This document shows positions 48,603 to 60,957 of a stretch of 64,000 nucleotides of DNA, in pieces; the first letter of the stretch is position 1; each line of letters opens with the position of its first letter. A model generated the notes under the pieces. That model was not told the DNA's origin, did not search any database, and saw only the letters and a list, made by a program, of their open reading frames with translations. The translations under genes were made by a program, and so were the position numbers. The DNA comes from Blepharisma stoltei ATCC 30299 (lineage: Eukaryota; Protista; Ciliophora), in contig CBFDEM010000043.1 of the NCBI GenBank assembly GCA_965603825.1, positions 62,001-126,000 of the forward strand. Direction: 5' to 3'.

Positions 48603-49238
48603 CTATTTAAATAATGGTGAAAGTGTAATAAGCGCAGTGCTTGAAAAGTGCGATTTCTGCCTACTAGAACTTGTGTTTGCTCTTTTTAAATTTTCTGTAC
48701 TTTGTCTGACATTTCCTTTGTGAAAATACACATTACTCTGCCGTCTTGGCCATATATTTTCAATAGGAATTAATTTCATTTGGGAAGAACTTTTTGACCT
48801 GCTTACTGCTGTTTGAAATCCATCCCTGCTCCTATAATCAAAATCTCCATTCATTTCTATTGTCACATTTTTCTTCTTTAAAATACCTCTTCGAGAATGT
48901 GATTTCTGAATTGCTTGGGGGTGCATATCTCATTCTGATGCTTCTCCAGTTCGTAAATCAGTACAAATTCCATCAAGGTCATATCTTTTAATATAATAAT
49001 TATTACTATGAATTTTTCTTCCATCAATTTGACTTCTGCATAAACCTTACGCTTTTATAACTCCTAAGGCAATATTTTCTAATTGCTTTATTGATGAAGA
49101 CGCTCCAGTCTGACTATCCTTGATATTTGGGATTTCAAAAATCTGAATAATATCATGAAATTTTGTTTTCTTTTTTTTATTAAATGAATTATTCTCTTCT
49201 GGTCTTTGCTGCAAAAAATACATCACTTTAATTTCCAT
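48603..49238 (-). CDS. Hypothetical basic protein
   Basis: Track ORFs 49047..49238 and 48603..48926 join through the 15-nt intron 49036-49050 (gtaaggtttatgcag) and one TGA at ~48930. Confidence 0.6.
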
Positions 49239-49372
49239 TTATATGTGGATATTTCACAGAATTAAATCTAATTTTTATAATAATTCTAATTTTCTCAATT
49301 TTACACAAAAAAACTCCTCATTATTATATTTTATTTTGCCACGGTTAATAATCTTCATCAATTATTTAAATA

Positions 49373-50945
49373 ATGACTACACTCAAAGGATCATATCGTA
49401 TTATAAGACCATTAGGATCTGGAACTTTTGCCAAAGTCAAACGTAATTTTTTATGCAGTCGGCGAGCATTTAATCACGAAGCAAAAAGTTGCAGTCAAAA
49501 TGATTAAGAGAAGCTTGATCTCTGAGCAGCAATTATACAAAAAAATCCAAAGGGAAATCAAAATCCTCAAAGTCTTGCATCATCCTCATATAATAAAGCT
49601 CTACGATGTGATATATACTGAAAAAGAAATTATTTTAATACTAGAGTATGTATCTGGTGGAGAATTATATTCATTGATTGAGAAAGGAAGACTCCTAGAG
49701 GCTGAAGCTAGGAAATACTTCCAACAAATAATATCCGCAATATCATATTGCCACCACCGTAAGGTTGTGCATCGAGATATCAAGCCAGAAAATCTTTTTC
49801 TCGATGAAGATTCAAATGTAAAACTCGGCGACTTTGGCTTATCTAACATCATTAGAGATGGAATTTTTTTCAAAACAGCTTGTGGGTCGCCTAATTACGC
49901 AGCTCCAGAAGTAATAGCTGGAGACAGATACTGTGGCCCAGAGGCTGATATCTGGAGTATAGGTGTTGTTCTTTACGCATTATTAGCTGGTTACCTTCCT
50001 TTTGATGAAAACAATATTTCATCTCTTTTTGCCAAGATCAAAAGTATTTCATAAATAGACGCGAAATTTGATATGCCTCATCATTTTTCTAGACAGGCGA
50101 AAGACTTAATCAAAAGAATGATAACTGCAGACCCGCTTTCAAGAATAACGATTATGCAAATTAAAGAGCATCCTTGGTATAAGACAGATCTACCACTGCA
50201 TTTGTCTGTAACTGGGCTTAATCTAGATGCGATAGATAATGGAGATTTATTAGCTATATACCGAGCTTATAGATTTCATAGCGAAATTGATGAAGAAATT
50301 TTGAATACTTGTTTGGAGTATCCTGAGCTGCAGCAATATGCGTCTGATAAAGATACAGCTAGAAGAAATATTATCAAAAGAAAGTATGATTCATTATCAG
50401 TTACCTATGAAATTCTTTTAAATATCAAATTAAGATCCAAAAGAATTTCTCTTGAAAAAGCTCATGTCGAGCTAAGACCTACCTTTGCAAAACATTCCAG
50501 TTCATTTATAATTGCAGACCATGGGATAGAAAATTCAGAGCATTCTATTTATTTAGGAGAAAATAACTCTGCAGATGAAAAAGGAGAGAGCCCACATAAT
50601 TGGAATTATTGTATTAGAACAAAACTAGAGCCTTATAACCTGATGTGCTTATTGTTTAATGCTTTTAAAGAATGCGAGCTGGAGTGAAAACTAATGAGCA
50701 ATTTCCATATAAGGGCAAGATCTGTAGGGTATCAACTGCTTGTTGAAAGATTGTCTGATCAAAAGCCAATTTCTCCAATTATGTATGGGAAAATTATTAA
50801 ATTGGATATAATTATTTACAAAGTAAGCGTTATGTAGTGTGGAGATAGCTTTGCATTGGATTGCTTATTCTTGGAAGGCCAAGTGATGATGTTCCTAGAT
50901 ACTGTCATGTTTCTGCATAAGAAAATTAGCCTTACGGCTAACTAA
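49373..50945 (+). CDS. SNF1: AMPK alpha / SNF1-family kinase
   Basis: ATG 49373; introns 49443-49458 (16 nt), 50044-50058 and 50823-50837; TGA at 50685 (LE-W-K in the C-terminal domain). LGSGTFAKVKL, HRDIKPEN and KTACGSPNYAAPEVI..YCGPEADIWS motifs. Confidence 0.92.
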
Positions 50946-51139
50946 TATTTAGGATGTAGTTCAAAGCAGCTTAGAGCAATTTTAAGCATAAGTAATTTTT
51001 AATGATAAATAATTAGATGTTGAAAATAATAAGTATTTCATTTGATTTTTATAAAATCAATATTTGAATACGCACAAAATAAGAAATTTTATAATTATCA
51101 TGACTTAACATCTCAAAATCTCTTATAAATTTAAATTAA

Positions 51140-51637
51140 ATGGATATAAGCTATATAACTCCAAGAAAAAATCACTATCTTTCTCCACTCTTTGAAGAAA
51201 AACTCAAAGCAAAATCTGAATTTATTAGACAAAAATTCAAAGAAAGAAATAAAAAATTAAGAGAAAAAAGTGAAATTATAGAGAAAAAACATAAGGAAGA
51301 AATAGCAAAATGATCTGCATGGAGATACAATAATAGCCCTTTTGCAGTCAATCATTTAGCGAAACTTGAGATTTTTGAGCATGGTGTACAGATGGAAAAT
51401 AGGCTTAAAAGATCGAGAAGATGCAAAAGTCAAGCTGGGCTTAGTTCTTGCAATCCAAAACCGAAAATATTATTTAATTTGCAAAATAAAATGAGAATTT
51501 TGCATCAAAGTAAGAAAAATGCTGAAGAAAAATTATTAAATTCTCCAATTACCTACAGAAATAATAGTCCAGATCTAAAATTTGGTAAAAAACGAATAAG
51601 AATCCCTAGCCTTGGTGATTATTGAAAAATTATTTAA
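51140..51637 (+). CDS. Hypothetical basic coiled-coil protein
   Basis: Open frame from ATG 51140 to TAA 51635-51637 with TGA at 51311 and 51623. Confidence 0.6.
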
Positions 51638-51738
51638 TAAGTAAATCCTTAAATCAGATTATTATACATACAACTAGCAGCAGAAAATGGTGACAAATTA
51701 AAAGAAACAAGAGTTTAATTTTAATCCTCATATTAAAT

Positions 51739-52794
51739 ATGCTGGTATTTCTATTCTTAATCAGCTATTCTTCAGCTTTGACATGCCCTTCATACTCCTG
51801 CAAAACTCAAGCTTACAGCTTCCAGCCTCAGCAGTGCATTTATTATCAGAGTAATCACTATTACCTCAATCCTTGCCAAAGTAAAGTTGTCCCTTTTTGT
51901 CAACCAACATTAGGATTATCTAATATTACCTGTGTAAACACTCCTAAGCCTCAACTAATAGGAATTTCTCTCCCAGGCGAAATGTGCACTAACGATTTAT
52001 CATGTGATTCAGGAGTCTGTGACAATGGAATCTGCAACTCTTTAAACTACCTCGGAAATTGCACCATACATGATGAGTGCAACCCAGGCCTTTACTGCTC
52101 AGCTGGCATGTGCATTTTTCAGCTGCAAGTCGGACAGCAAGGCTGCACAAGTGATTATATGTGTATTAACAGTGCTGGGTGTTTATTAAATACTAATGGG
52201 GTTGGAGTCTGTAAGCCATATTACAGCATTGCAGCAGGGACTCAAATCCCTTCCTGTACAAATAATGTCAACCTTTTGTGCAGCTCAGGACTTTGTGGGA
52301 CTAAAGCTGGGGTTGCTTATTGCGCTCAGTCTGTAGCTTCTAGCACTGCTTTGCCGATGGCATGTCAGACTAATGCCGACTGTGTCTCTAAAGCTGACTC
52401 TTCCTTAGGGATTACTTTTAACTCAGTCTGCCAGTGCAGCTATAGTCCTAAAGGCACCGCATACTGTGGACTTTTCCCTGGTGACTCAGCATATGCCCAA
52501 TATATAACCTCTTTAAAAGCATGGTACACCTCAAACTACCCAGGTCTCTGCAACACAGTCAGAAGAAGCCACCCTCAATGCATAAAAACTTATTTATCAG
52601 CCCAAAACGCAAACCAGCTGATTTTATCTCAAAATTATATAGCGTCATACTCTCAAATCCAGCAAAACGATAACTGTACACAATATGTGTACAATCAGAA
52701 CTATTGGCAACTCTATAGAGAAGTTAATAACCCCCCTCATGACAGCTCAGCAAGATATGTGCTTATATCATTTCTTTTAATTTTATTCATATAA
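51739..52794 (+). CDS. Secreted cysteine-rich, probably GPI-anchored surface protein
   Basis: Signal peptide, periodic Cys motifs (PGEMC..DLSCDSGVC, CTIHDECNPGLYC) and a terminal hydrophobic GPI-signal-like tail (DSSARYVLISFLLILFI*). Confidence 0.85.
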   Translation: MLVFLFLISYSSALTCPSYSCKTQAYSFQPQQCIYYQSNHYYLNPCQSKVVPFCQPTLGLSNITCVNTPKPQLIGISLPGEMCTNDLSCDSGVCDNGICNSLNYLGNCTIHDECNPGLYCSAGMCIFQLQVGQQGCTSDYMCINSAGCLLNTNGVGVCKPYYSIAAGTQIPSCTNNVNLLCSSGLCGTKAGVAYCAQSVASSTALPMACQTNADCVSKADSSLGITFNSVCQCSYSPKGTAYCGLFPGDSAYAQYITSLKAWYTSNYPGLCNTVRRSHPQCIKTYLSAQNANQLILSQNYIASYSQIQQNDNCTQYVYNQNYWQLYREVNNPPHDSSARYVLISFLLILFI

Positions 52795-52796
52795 GA

Positions 52797-53420
52797 TTAA
52801 TATCTTCTTATTCTATTAGGCATAGGAGTACCTATTGTATTAATGGTGATCCCAGCCAAGACTTTTTTGAAGAGAATTTTGGACTCCTCGTCTTGGATTT
52901 CGTTCCTAGAATGGCTTATTAGGAATTTGACACCTTCTGATGTAGTTATTTTGAAATGCTCTCTGGAGAATTCTTCGATTTTTTGGATATCTGCAATATT
53001 GATGGTTTCTGTATGATAAAAACTCTGTATTTATGTTACTGTAAAAGCACTATGGAAAGTCAATAGAAGCTGCCTACCATTTTGTTTGAGAGATATGGTT
53101 TTGGCGAATTTTCTTGAAACATATTCGACGGAGAAAGCCATTAATGCCCCTAGAGCGTTAAGGGAGACATAGGTTATCAAGAGGCCAAATCTACCTGGGA
53201 CTAGAGGATATAAATATTCTGTGAATGATAAATAGGTATGGATTCCTATGAAGCCGACATTTAGAGGGGCAAATATCTTGAGAAAAGTCTGAATAAAATT
53301 TACATTAGCGCTTTGTGTGCTGTAAATCGTTTTCTTCCCTGTTGGGTCAAACTGGATTTGAAAAGGAGGTCGCCATTCAGAAATTGATCTAAGAGGGACG
53401 CGAATTAAATATCTATTCAT
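52797..53420 (-). CDS. TMEM70/TMEM186-like mitochondrial two-TM protein
   Basis: Presequence-like start, two TM helices, then FAKTISL..GRQLLLTFH. The 15-nt intron 53025-53039 (gtaacataaatacag) extends the frame to TAA at 52797. Confidence 0.65.
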
Positions 53421-53613
53421 TATATGTAAATTTTAAATGAAAATTCAGTGCTAGTTTAATAAAAAATGTAATAAATCCCCTAATTAAAATTTATTTCAGA
53501 TAATTAATTTTCTCAGAAAAATAAATTGGTCACTTTTATGCATCTCCTGACTCTAAAATAGAATAGCAGCTTCAAGTAATAAATTCAGGCATAAAAGTAT
53601 ACGTTATATTATA

Positions 53614-53907
53614 ATGAATATCAAAATGGTGGCATTTTATCTTCTTCTCATATTTCAAGTACAAGCTAAAGGTGGAATTACCTCGAAAGTTGAAGAAAAC
53701 AACATCTTGCATTCACCTTGGAAGTGACTGGGGGATTTTCTCATTAATTATCCAGTAGTTTCCACAATTCTATCTGTATTAATTTTAATGACGCTTTTTG
53801 TTCTGATCGCAAGGTGTAGAAAAAGCTGGCAAAAAGAATCAGATGTCAGCATCATACTAGGCTCAAGATCTCTTAATAGAAAAGAAAAGAAAAGCCTATT
53901 GGGTTAA
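53614..53907 (+). CDS. Small (97-aa) type-I membrane protein
   Basis: ATG 53614, signal peptide (MVAFYLLLIFQVQA), TGA at 53725, one TM helix and a basic tail ending KSLLG*; absent from the ORF track. Confidence 0.65.
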
Positions 53908-54485
53908 GACACTAATAAAAAATTTGTTCAATATTAAAAATAATCACTAAGTAGCTTATATTATAAATGTGACTAATCTAAACAATATGTAGAAAGGAAA
54001 AGGAAGTAAAATTATGATTACTGATATGGGCAGCAGTTCAAGAATTTAGCTATTTTAAAATACTCAGTATTTTATTAATTTGATATTTTGTTTAAAAAAT
54101 TGATTTGATCTTTAATGAATCTTTAATTTAATTAGATTTTTAAAATATTTATAAATAGATAAGAGGTGGTACTAAATTATTTGCAAAATATTTGAGCTTT
54201 CAAGCTTTTAGTAATAGTAATCATAAACATTTTTTTTATTTAATTTGATAAGCTATTGAAATTATCAATGATTTATTAATAATTAACTTTTTCATCATTA
54301 TAGGCTGCTCTTTACTATTTTTTAAGATGAGCATAATAAAAAATGCCTGAGTATTAAGAAAAAAAGCGGGATCTTTACTTTCAATCCTCAATCAATCTCA
54401 GTTTTCTATATTCATTTTAAGAATTACCCAGAAAAAATGAGAGTTCTATAACTCATAGTTAATCAAACTTCATTATATTAATTAA

Positions 54486-54791
54486 ATGGGTTGCTGTAAT
54501 TCTAACACCAAAGAAAAAGCAGAATTCTTATTACACGAGCAAAAGCAAACAGATAGCGAAATGACGACTGGTTGCGATTCCCCGAATTTCAAATATTTGC
54601 AAAATAATGAAGCTGAATCTCCACTGTTTTTCAAACCATTAGAAACTCCTAAGTTTGGAAGGTTCGATTTCAATGAAGCGTTCGCAGAAGAAGAGGAAAC
54701 TCTTAAAATTAATAGCAGGGATCATTGTATTATAAAAAACCTCAGGAAAGATTTCGAAATAGAAGCAAATTATACAAAGAGTGATAATTAG
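54486..54791 (+). CDS. Small protein with MGCC N-myristoylation/palmitoylation motif
   Basis: MGCCNS start; 101-aa ORF flanked by AT-rich DNA. Confidence 0.6.
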   Translation: MGCCNSNTKEKAEFLLHEQKQTDSEMTTGCDSPNFKYLQNNEAESPLFFKPLETPKFGRFDFNEAFAEEEETLKINSRDHCIIKNLRKDFEIEANYTKSDN

Positions 54792-54917
54792 TGTGCCAAT
54801 ATTTTAAGCAATTTTATTTTTTGAATTTTATGTATTAATAATTCTTTTTCCTCTTTTATTAATACTCAATTTTCTGTCAAATATCTTTAACCATCACATA
54901 AACTGAGAATAATCAAA

Positions 54918-56717
54918 ATGGCCTATAGTCAAATCTATAAAGAACTGGGCGTTATTGGCCGAGGGAATTTTGGTGATTTTTATTCAGGTTCAGCTCATCT
55001 TGTTGAGCACCAGTCAGAGCATCTTAAATACGTCGCAAAAAAGATCCTCTTAGGTGGTATGACTGATAGAGAAATCCAAGGAGCCCATCAAGAAGCTGAG
55101 CTTCTTTCTCGTCTCAATCATCCGAATATCGTGAAATATAAAGAAAGCTTTTGTGAAGAAGGCCTACTAATTATTGTTATGGAATATTGTGACGTTGGAG
55201 ACCTCAGCTACCATATCAAGCAAAAATCAAAAAAGCATGAAATTTTCACTGAAACAGAAATCATGAATTGGTTTGTGCAAATTTGCCTGGCACTTCAATA
55301 TATCCATTCATTAGGAATTTTACATAGAGATATAAAAAGCTCGAATATTTATTTAACAGGAAATAACACTGTGAAACTTGGAGATTTTGGGATATCAAGG
55401 GTGTTGCAAGGCTCTGAGGCAGCTAATACAGTGGTTGGGACACCTTATTATATGAGCCCTGAAGTCTGTGAAAATAAACCATATAGCTATAAAAGTGATG
55501 CATGGTCACTTGGCTGTGTCCTCTATGAACTCTGCACTCTTAATTATGCTTTTAAGGCTGACAACCTATTAGGTTTAGTCTTCAAAATCGTCACAGAAAG
55601 GGCTGAGCCAATTCCTTCTCATTACTCCCCACAGTTGCGCACCTTAGTCCAGTAAATTTTACATAGAGATATCCTTGTAAAAGACAGTGGCCGAAGACCC
55701 TCAGTTTCTGATATTTTAAATGACCCTTATACGCTATCTTTTATGCAAAATTTCATTGATACTAATGGACAAAGCTTAACAAGAATTAGGTCACTTAATA
55801 TAAGAAAAGCGACTGCAATCGTCCCACAAAGGCCAAAATCCCCAGAAAATGAAACCCCAAAGCAGAGACTAATAAGGAAAAAGAGGGAACAAGCAGAACA
55901 AGAAGCGGAAAAATTGAAAAATGCAGCGAGAGAAGCATATATCCATAATCAAGTGTAAGAGTTATATAGGAGTAAACAAAGAGCTCATGATATGCTGTAT
56001 TCTTCGCCTCAACAAAGATATCAAAATCAAGCTGCAATTCAAAAAGCTATGTCCCCACCAAGCAATTTCAGCGGAAGTGGGTCGACTATAGCTTCCCTTG
56101 TGTTTACTAAAGAAAATTCGTATGATAGACAAGGAAATTATGGAACATTGACTGATGGGTTTAATTTAACTGAAACTCAATATTCTCAAGTAAATAATCA
56201 GGGATATAATCAAGATTACTTAGAAGATTCTTTATCATATTCTAATACCTTTGAAGCTTCACAGTATGAAGAAGCACAACAGTCACCTTCTTATATAAAT
56301 CCAAGAGATGAGCAGCCTATTAAAGCAGCAGGATATTATAATCTGAATTTTACTGACGATTCTTCAGAAATCGCAGAAAATAACGAAGAAGAGCTTACAG
56401 AAATTGTAAGTGTCTACAGAAATCAAATGCGAGGAGGAAGAAGGCTTGATACAGTTCTCGAAGCTTCTGGAGAGTCCGCTTCTTATGAGTCTCCTAGAGT
56501 TGCCCCTGCAAATAAAAAAGATTCAATGAGGCAGCAGTGCATTGAGAAAATGGGCAGCAAGCTTTTTGGCGAAATTTATGAGTATTTGAAGAGACAAAGA
56601 CAGATAGGAACTGCTGATGATGTTATTATTGGAGAAGCCAAAAGAAGATGGGGAAAAGACGCAACCACTTATTCATTTCTTGTTGACCAGCTTTTATTTT
56701 TGGAAATATTCCATTAA
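54918..56717 (+). CDS. NIMA-related (NEK) kinase
   Basis: Introns 54973-54987, 55652-55666 and 55955-55969; HRDIKSSN, KLGDFGISRVL, TVVGTPYYMSPE and KSDAWSLGC motifs; NEK-type C-terminal helical domain. Confidence 0.93.
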
Positions 56718-57389
56718 TGAAAAAAATTAAATTTATTTGTTTTCAAAAATTTTATAATTAAAATTATTTACTAACTTTAGACATTTTTTGATTGATAATT
56801 ACAGACGATTCTATAAAAATAATATTTCTGATAAGATGGCTATATAATTTGCCTGAAGAAAAAGGTTGGAGTTTACATTGTCACAATATAAACTCAAGCT
56901 TTTATTTAAATAATTAAATTTTAGTTTTATTAAGTTTTCTTACATAAAAAGGATTGATATAAACAAATTGAATCCTTTATAAAATTTTCAACTTTCCACA
57001 AGCATTTGCTCACATAAATTTGTGTTTTAATCTTCTGAATTTTAAATAATTTTTAATACTGAAAATTTGACAAAAGCTGAATAAATATCTTCTATAATTA
57101 AATATTTATCTCCGAATTATGGATAACTAAAACGTTTTTGTTCAATATTTGCTTCTCATATTGAAAATTAAAAATTCTATTTGCTTTAACTTCATTAATT
57201 AATAAATTATAGAGAAGCCCCCTTCAAGCCTGCAAGCCAGTACTCATAGCCATTAAAGCTAGTATTATAGTTTAAGACTAAAAAGTTTATAATTATAAGT
57301 AATTAAGCTCATTTTGAGATTTTATTTACCTAGTTTTGTTAGAAAGAATTATATTAAGATTTAAATTCATTATTTCTATAAATTTCTAT

Positions 57390-57759
57390 ATTAGATTCGT
57401 GCACTTCTCTGTTTTTCATCAAGTTCAATTTTTAGGCAACTGCTTATAAAGATAAAGATGGATTAGGTTTCATAATTAACAAAAATGGAATGTTGAGCAA
57501 TTGTGCCAATAAAACTGAAATGAGGTAGGAGAATCTTGATATTAATAGTATATGGTAAATCTTCTCCTCCAAGTCCTTTAAATAATTCTTTAATTTTTGA
57601 TTTTTCGATTGAAAATATTTTAAATTCCTTGCTTTCAATCAGCCATTTCTCTTTTACACAAATTAAATTAATCCCCCAACTTCTTTTCAATTGATTTGAA
57701 AATAAAATTGCTTAAAGACTATACTTTCTGGAAAAAACAGAGAAGTGCACAAATCTAAT
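57390..57759. mobile_element. MITE-like element / candidate inverted-repeat IES, 370 bp
   Basis: 27-bp terminal inverted repeats attagatt[c/t]gtgcacttctctgttttt at 57390-57416 and 57733-57759 (1 mismatch), flanked by TAT direct repeats (57387-57389, 57760-57762); no transposase ORF. Confidence 0.75.
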
Positions 57760-58551
57760 TATATAATGTTTTTGATCTTGTTTTCAGCTCTTTAAATATC
57801 TAATTTATTTCTTATTTTGGCATCAAACATTTTACTTTCTTGCCAAATAAGAAATTATATTAATATGTTTCTTTTGCTTAATGGGTAATCAGGATGACTG
57901 AATATACAAAGAGTATTCTAATGCTTATACTGATTTTCTCGACCTTCAAACCATTTAAAAATATCTACTATGAATAAAGTTCTTGTAGTTCTTATGCAAT
58001 GGCCAAATATCATAAAATTCTTGATATAGTAAGAGATGTTACACCCAAACCGTTTCAATTATCATCGAAAATATGAACAGCATGGGTTTAAAGTTTTTAC
58101 AAATTTTGGATATTTTGGCTCAAGATACTACATTATGATTTGTGAAGCATTGATTTGTGGTATTCTGAAAGGATTATTCATAGAGACATAAAAATCATAT
58201 ATGCAATAAAAATTGAGACATAAAGGGAATCAAAATAATATTTTATGGAAGGAATTCAGAATTTGAGCTTAAAAATTTTTAATAAAATAATTCATTTAAT
58301 AAAAATTAGATTGTTTTCAAGATTTGATTAATTCAATAAAATAGCAGATGCCTAGTAAATAGTAAATAAGCGTTTAAATAATTTATGCTATTATTTTAAA
58401 ACAAAAATATCAAGTGAGACGAAATAATTATTATAATATATTTGGGTTGACATTTCTCAAATACTTTGTATTTAAATAGATAATAAAATAAGGTTAAAAT
58501 GTATTTATATTGGTGCTGTAAAACGCTATTTAGTCTTATATTTGTAATTAT

Positions 58552-60038
58552 AGAAAGCCAAAGATTCTGCCTTGTTCACATACTTTATGCACATTCTGCA
58601 TAAATGACTCATTAGAGAATAAAAAGTGTATTCATTGTAATTTATGCAGAGAAGATTCAGGGGCAAACATCTCTGATCTGCCAGATAATGAAAGAATTCT
58701 AGAAACGCTTAAAGAAGACTATATTGGATGCTCGCATCATGAAGGAGTTCCTGCAACACATTTAGACTCAAAAACACTGGAATCGTTGTGCGAAGAGTGC
58801 TATAGCGCTCGATCTCAAAAAAATCTGATCAATTTAGAAGATATAGATTTTAGTGAAATTTTGCAAAATAGATGGCGTGATTTGTCTTCAGAATTGAATG
58901 GATTGCCTTATATTCTCAAAAAGAAATATTCAAACTATAAATATGACTCAAATCAAAAGAAACTCGAGTTTTGCTACAAAATTGCAGCATTTAAGTCGAC
59001 TGAAATTTTATGTGATACCCATCCTTTTGTTTCTGCTAAATGAATTTCTAGAGCTACTCTAGAACCATTATGTGAAAATTGCAGCCAAAAATACGAAGAA
59101 ATTATGCCTATAGAAGATGATGATACTGAGGAATTTATAAATGGCGTTCTTTATCAAAAGATCTATTCGTCTGATTTAGCCTGCATTCCTTCTATTTATT
59201 ATGAATATATTAAAAACTATGGGTGGAAGTTGAAAGATATGATAGATCTTCATCGATTTTTAAAAGAATCAGAAGGAAAAGAAAAAATCACTGAAAAAAC
59301 AAAATGCCCTATTTGCCTTTCAAACTTTGGCTTTGGTTGGGATACTCCTATGAAATTATCATGTTCTGAAGCAAATCACGCAGTTTGTCTAAAATGTTTC
59401 AGTAGCGCTGGAAGCAACTTTAGATGCCCATTGGATAATAAGGAATGTGAAATGTCAAACCCAACACCCTTGGAAGTAGATGATTTATTTTCTTATCCAT
59501 GATGCAGAGGCTGCAATGAGATTATGGGGAAAAATCAAAATATCCCTGTAAAATCAAAATGCATTCATCCTATGTGTAAAGAATGCTCATTTTGCAAAAT
59601 TTGTAAAGACTATGTTATTGAAGACAAAAATGTTATTGATAAAAATCTAAGCAAAAAGTTGGAATTTATGGAAACATATTGTTTAGAACATGGAGAGCCA
59701 GCAATAAAGTTTAAAAAGGTTCTTTGAGAAATCCCATTGCATGACATTGAAATAAGAACATTTCCTAAAGTTTGCTGCAGTTATTGTAAAGGAGGCACAT
59801 TTATTTTGAGAAATAAAGATTATTTCAAGATGTTTGACTCGTCAGTTCAATATACTTTTTATTGTTTAGTTGAAAATCTATCCAGATTAGATATAAGGTA
59901 TCAAGAAATTGCTGAGGAATGGAAGAGCAATTTTCTAATATTTACTTATAATCAACGCCTTGAAAAAATCCAAGAAATCGCACAGATATTAGAAGGTTAA
60001 AGTCAACCTATCAAATGATAAAAAGAAAAAATATTAAC
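58552..60038 (+). pseudogene. Truncated pseudogene copy of the RING/B-box/PHR gene at 60958-62976
   Basis: Near-identical to 61014-62504 (offset 2463 bp). Lacks the start and first RING cysteines, has TTA->TAA at 59998-60000 followed by indels, and lacks the PHR domain. Confidence 0.85.
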
Positions 60039-60627
60039 TAGCCTAGTCATTTAATAAATAATTTCCAACAATAATTTTTCTTATAATCTATAAATATCTG
60101 CTGATAAAATTATTAATGAATCATCTTAGATTTATTTAAGCACTATTTATTTTTACCAATAACTCTTGATTAATCTTTTCTTCTTACCAAGATCAGTCAT
60201 TATCTTTTAAATTGAGCGCACTCAGATTTTGGTTATCACACCTTAAAAGTCTAAGCCAAGATGCTCCATCACTTCATGATCCCCATAAAACAGTTTAGTT
60301 CTGATTTTGATATCCCATAAATTCTTTCAAATATGCCTTCAAGTCTCTGAATTTAAAATTGAGACTTATAGCATGGTCTTTTCTCAAGCCTTATATGTAC
60401 CAATGCTTCTGTGGGCGGTGCTATACATCTTTATATTATAAAAGTATTTAATATTGATACTGGATGCACTCATTGAGCCTGTAAAGTGGAAAAATATTGA
60501 AAGAAAAAGATAAAATAACGGTAAAAATCAGGCATCAGAGACCAAGACTATATTGACCCATCTGATGAAATTAAAAATACCTCCTCCCAAAGTTTTCATA
60601 TCGAAAAATTGACTCAAGATTACTTAT

Positions 60628-60830
60628 AAAAAGATTCAATGAGGCAGCAGTGCATTGAGAAAATGGGCAGCAAGCTTTTTGGAGAAATTTATGAGTATTT
60701 GAAGAGACAAAGACAGATAGGAACTGCTGATGATATTATTATTGGAGAAGCCAAAAAACGATAGGGAAAAAACGCAATAACTTATCCATTCCTCATCGGC
60801 CAGCTAAATTTTTGGAAATATTCCACCAAT
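60628..60830 (+). pseudogene. Duplicated, decayed 3' fragment of the NEK kinase gene
   Basis: Copy of ~56515-56717 with TGG->TAG at 60762-60764 and a small deletion near its end. Confidence 0.85.
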
Positions 60831-60957
60831 TAAAAAATTAAATTTATTTGTCTTCAGAAATTTTATAAAAATTATTTATTAACTTTAGAAAATTTCTGAT
60901 GAATAGATGCCAATTAATATCGTAATTTCCAGAGACAGCAGATTCTATAAAAATAAT

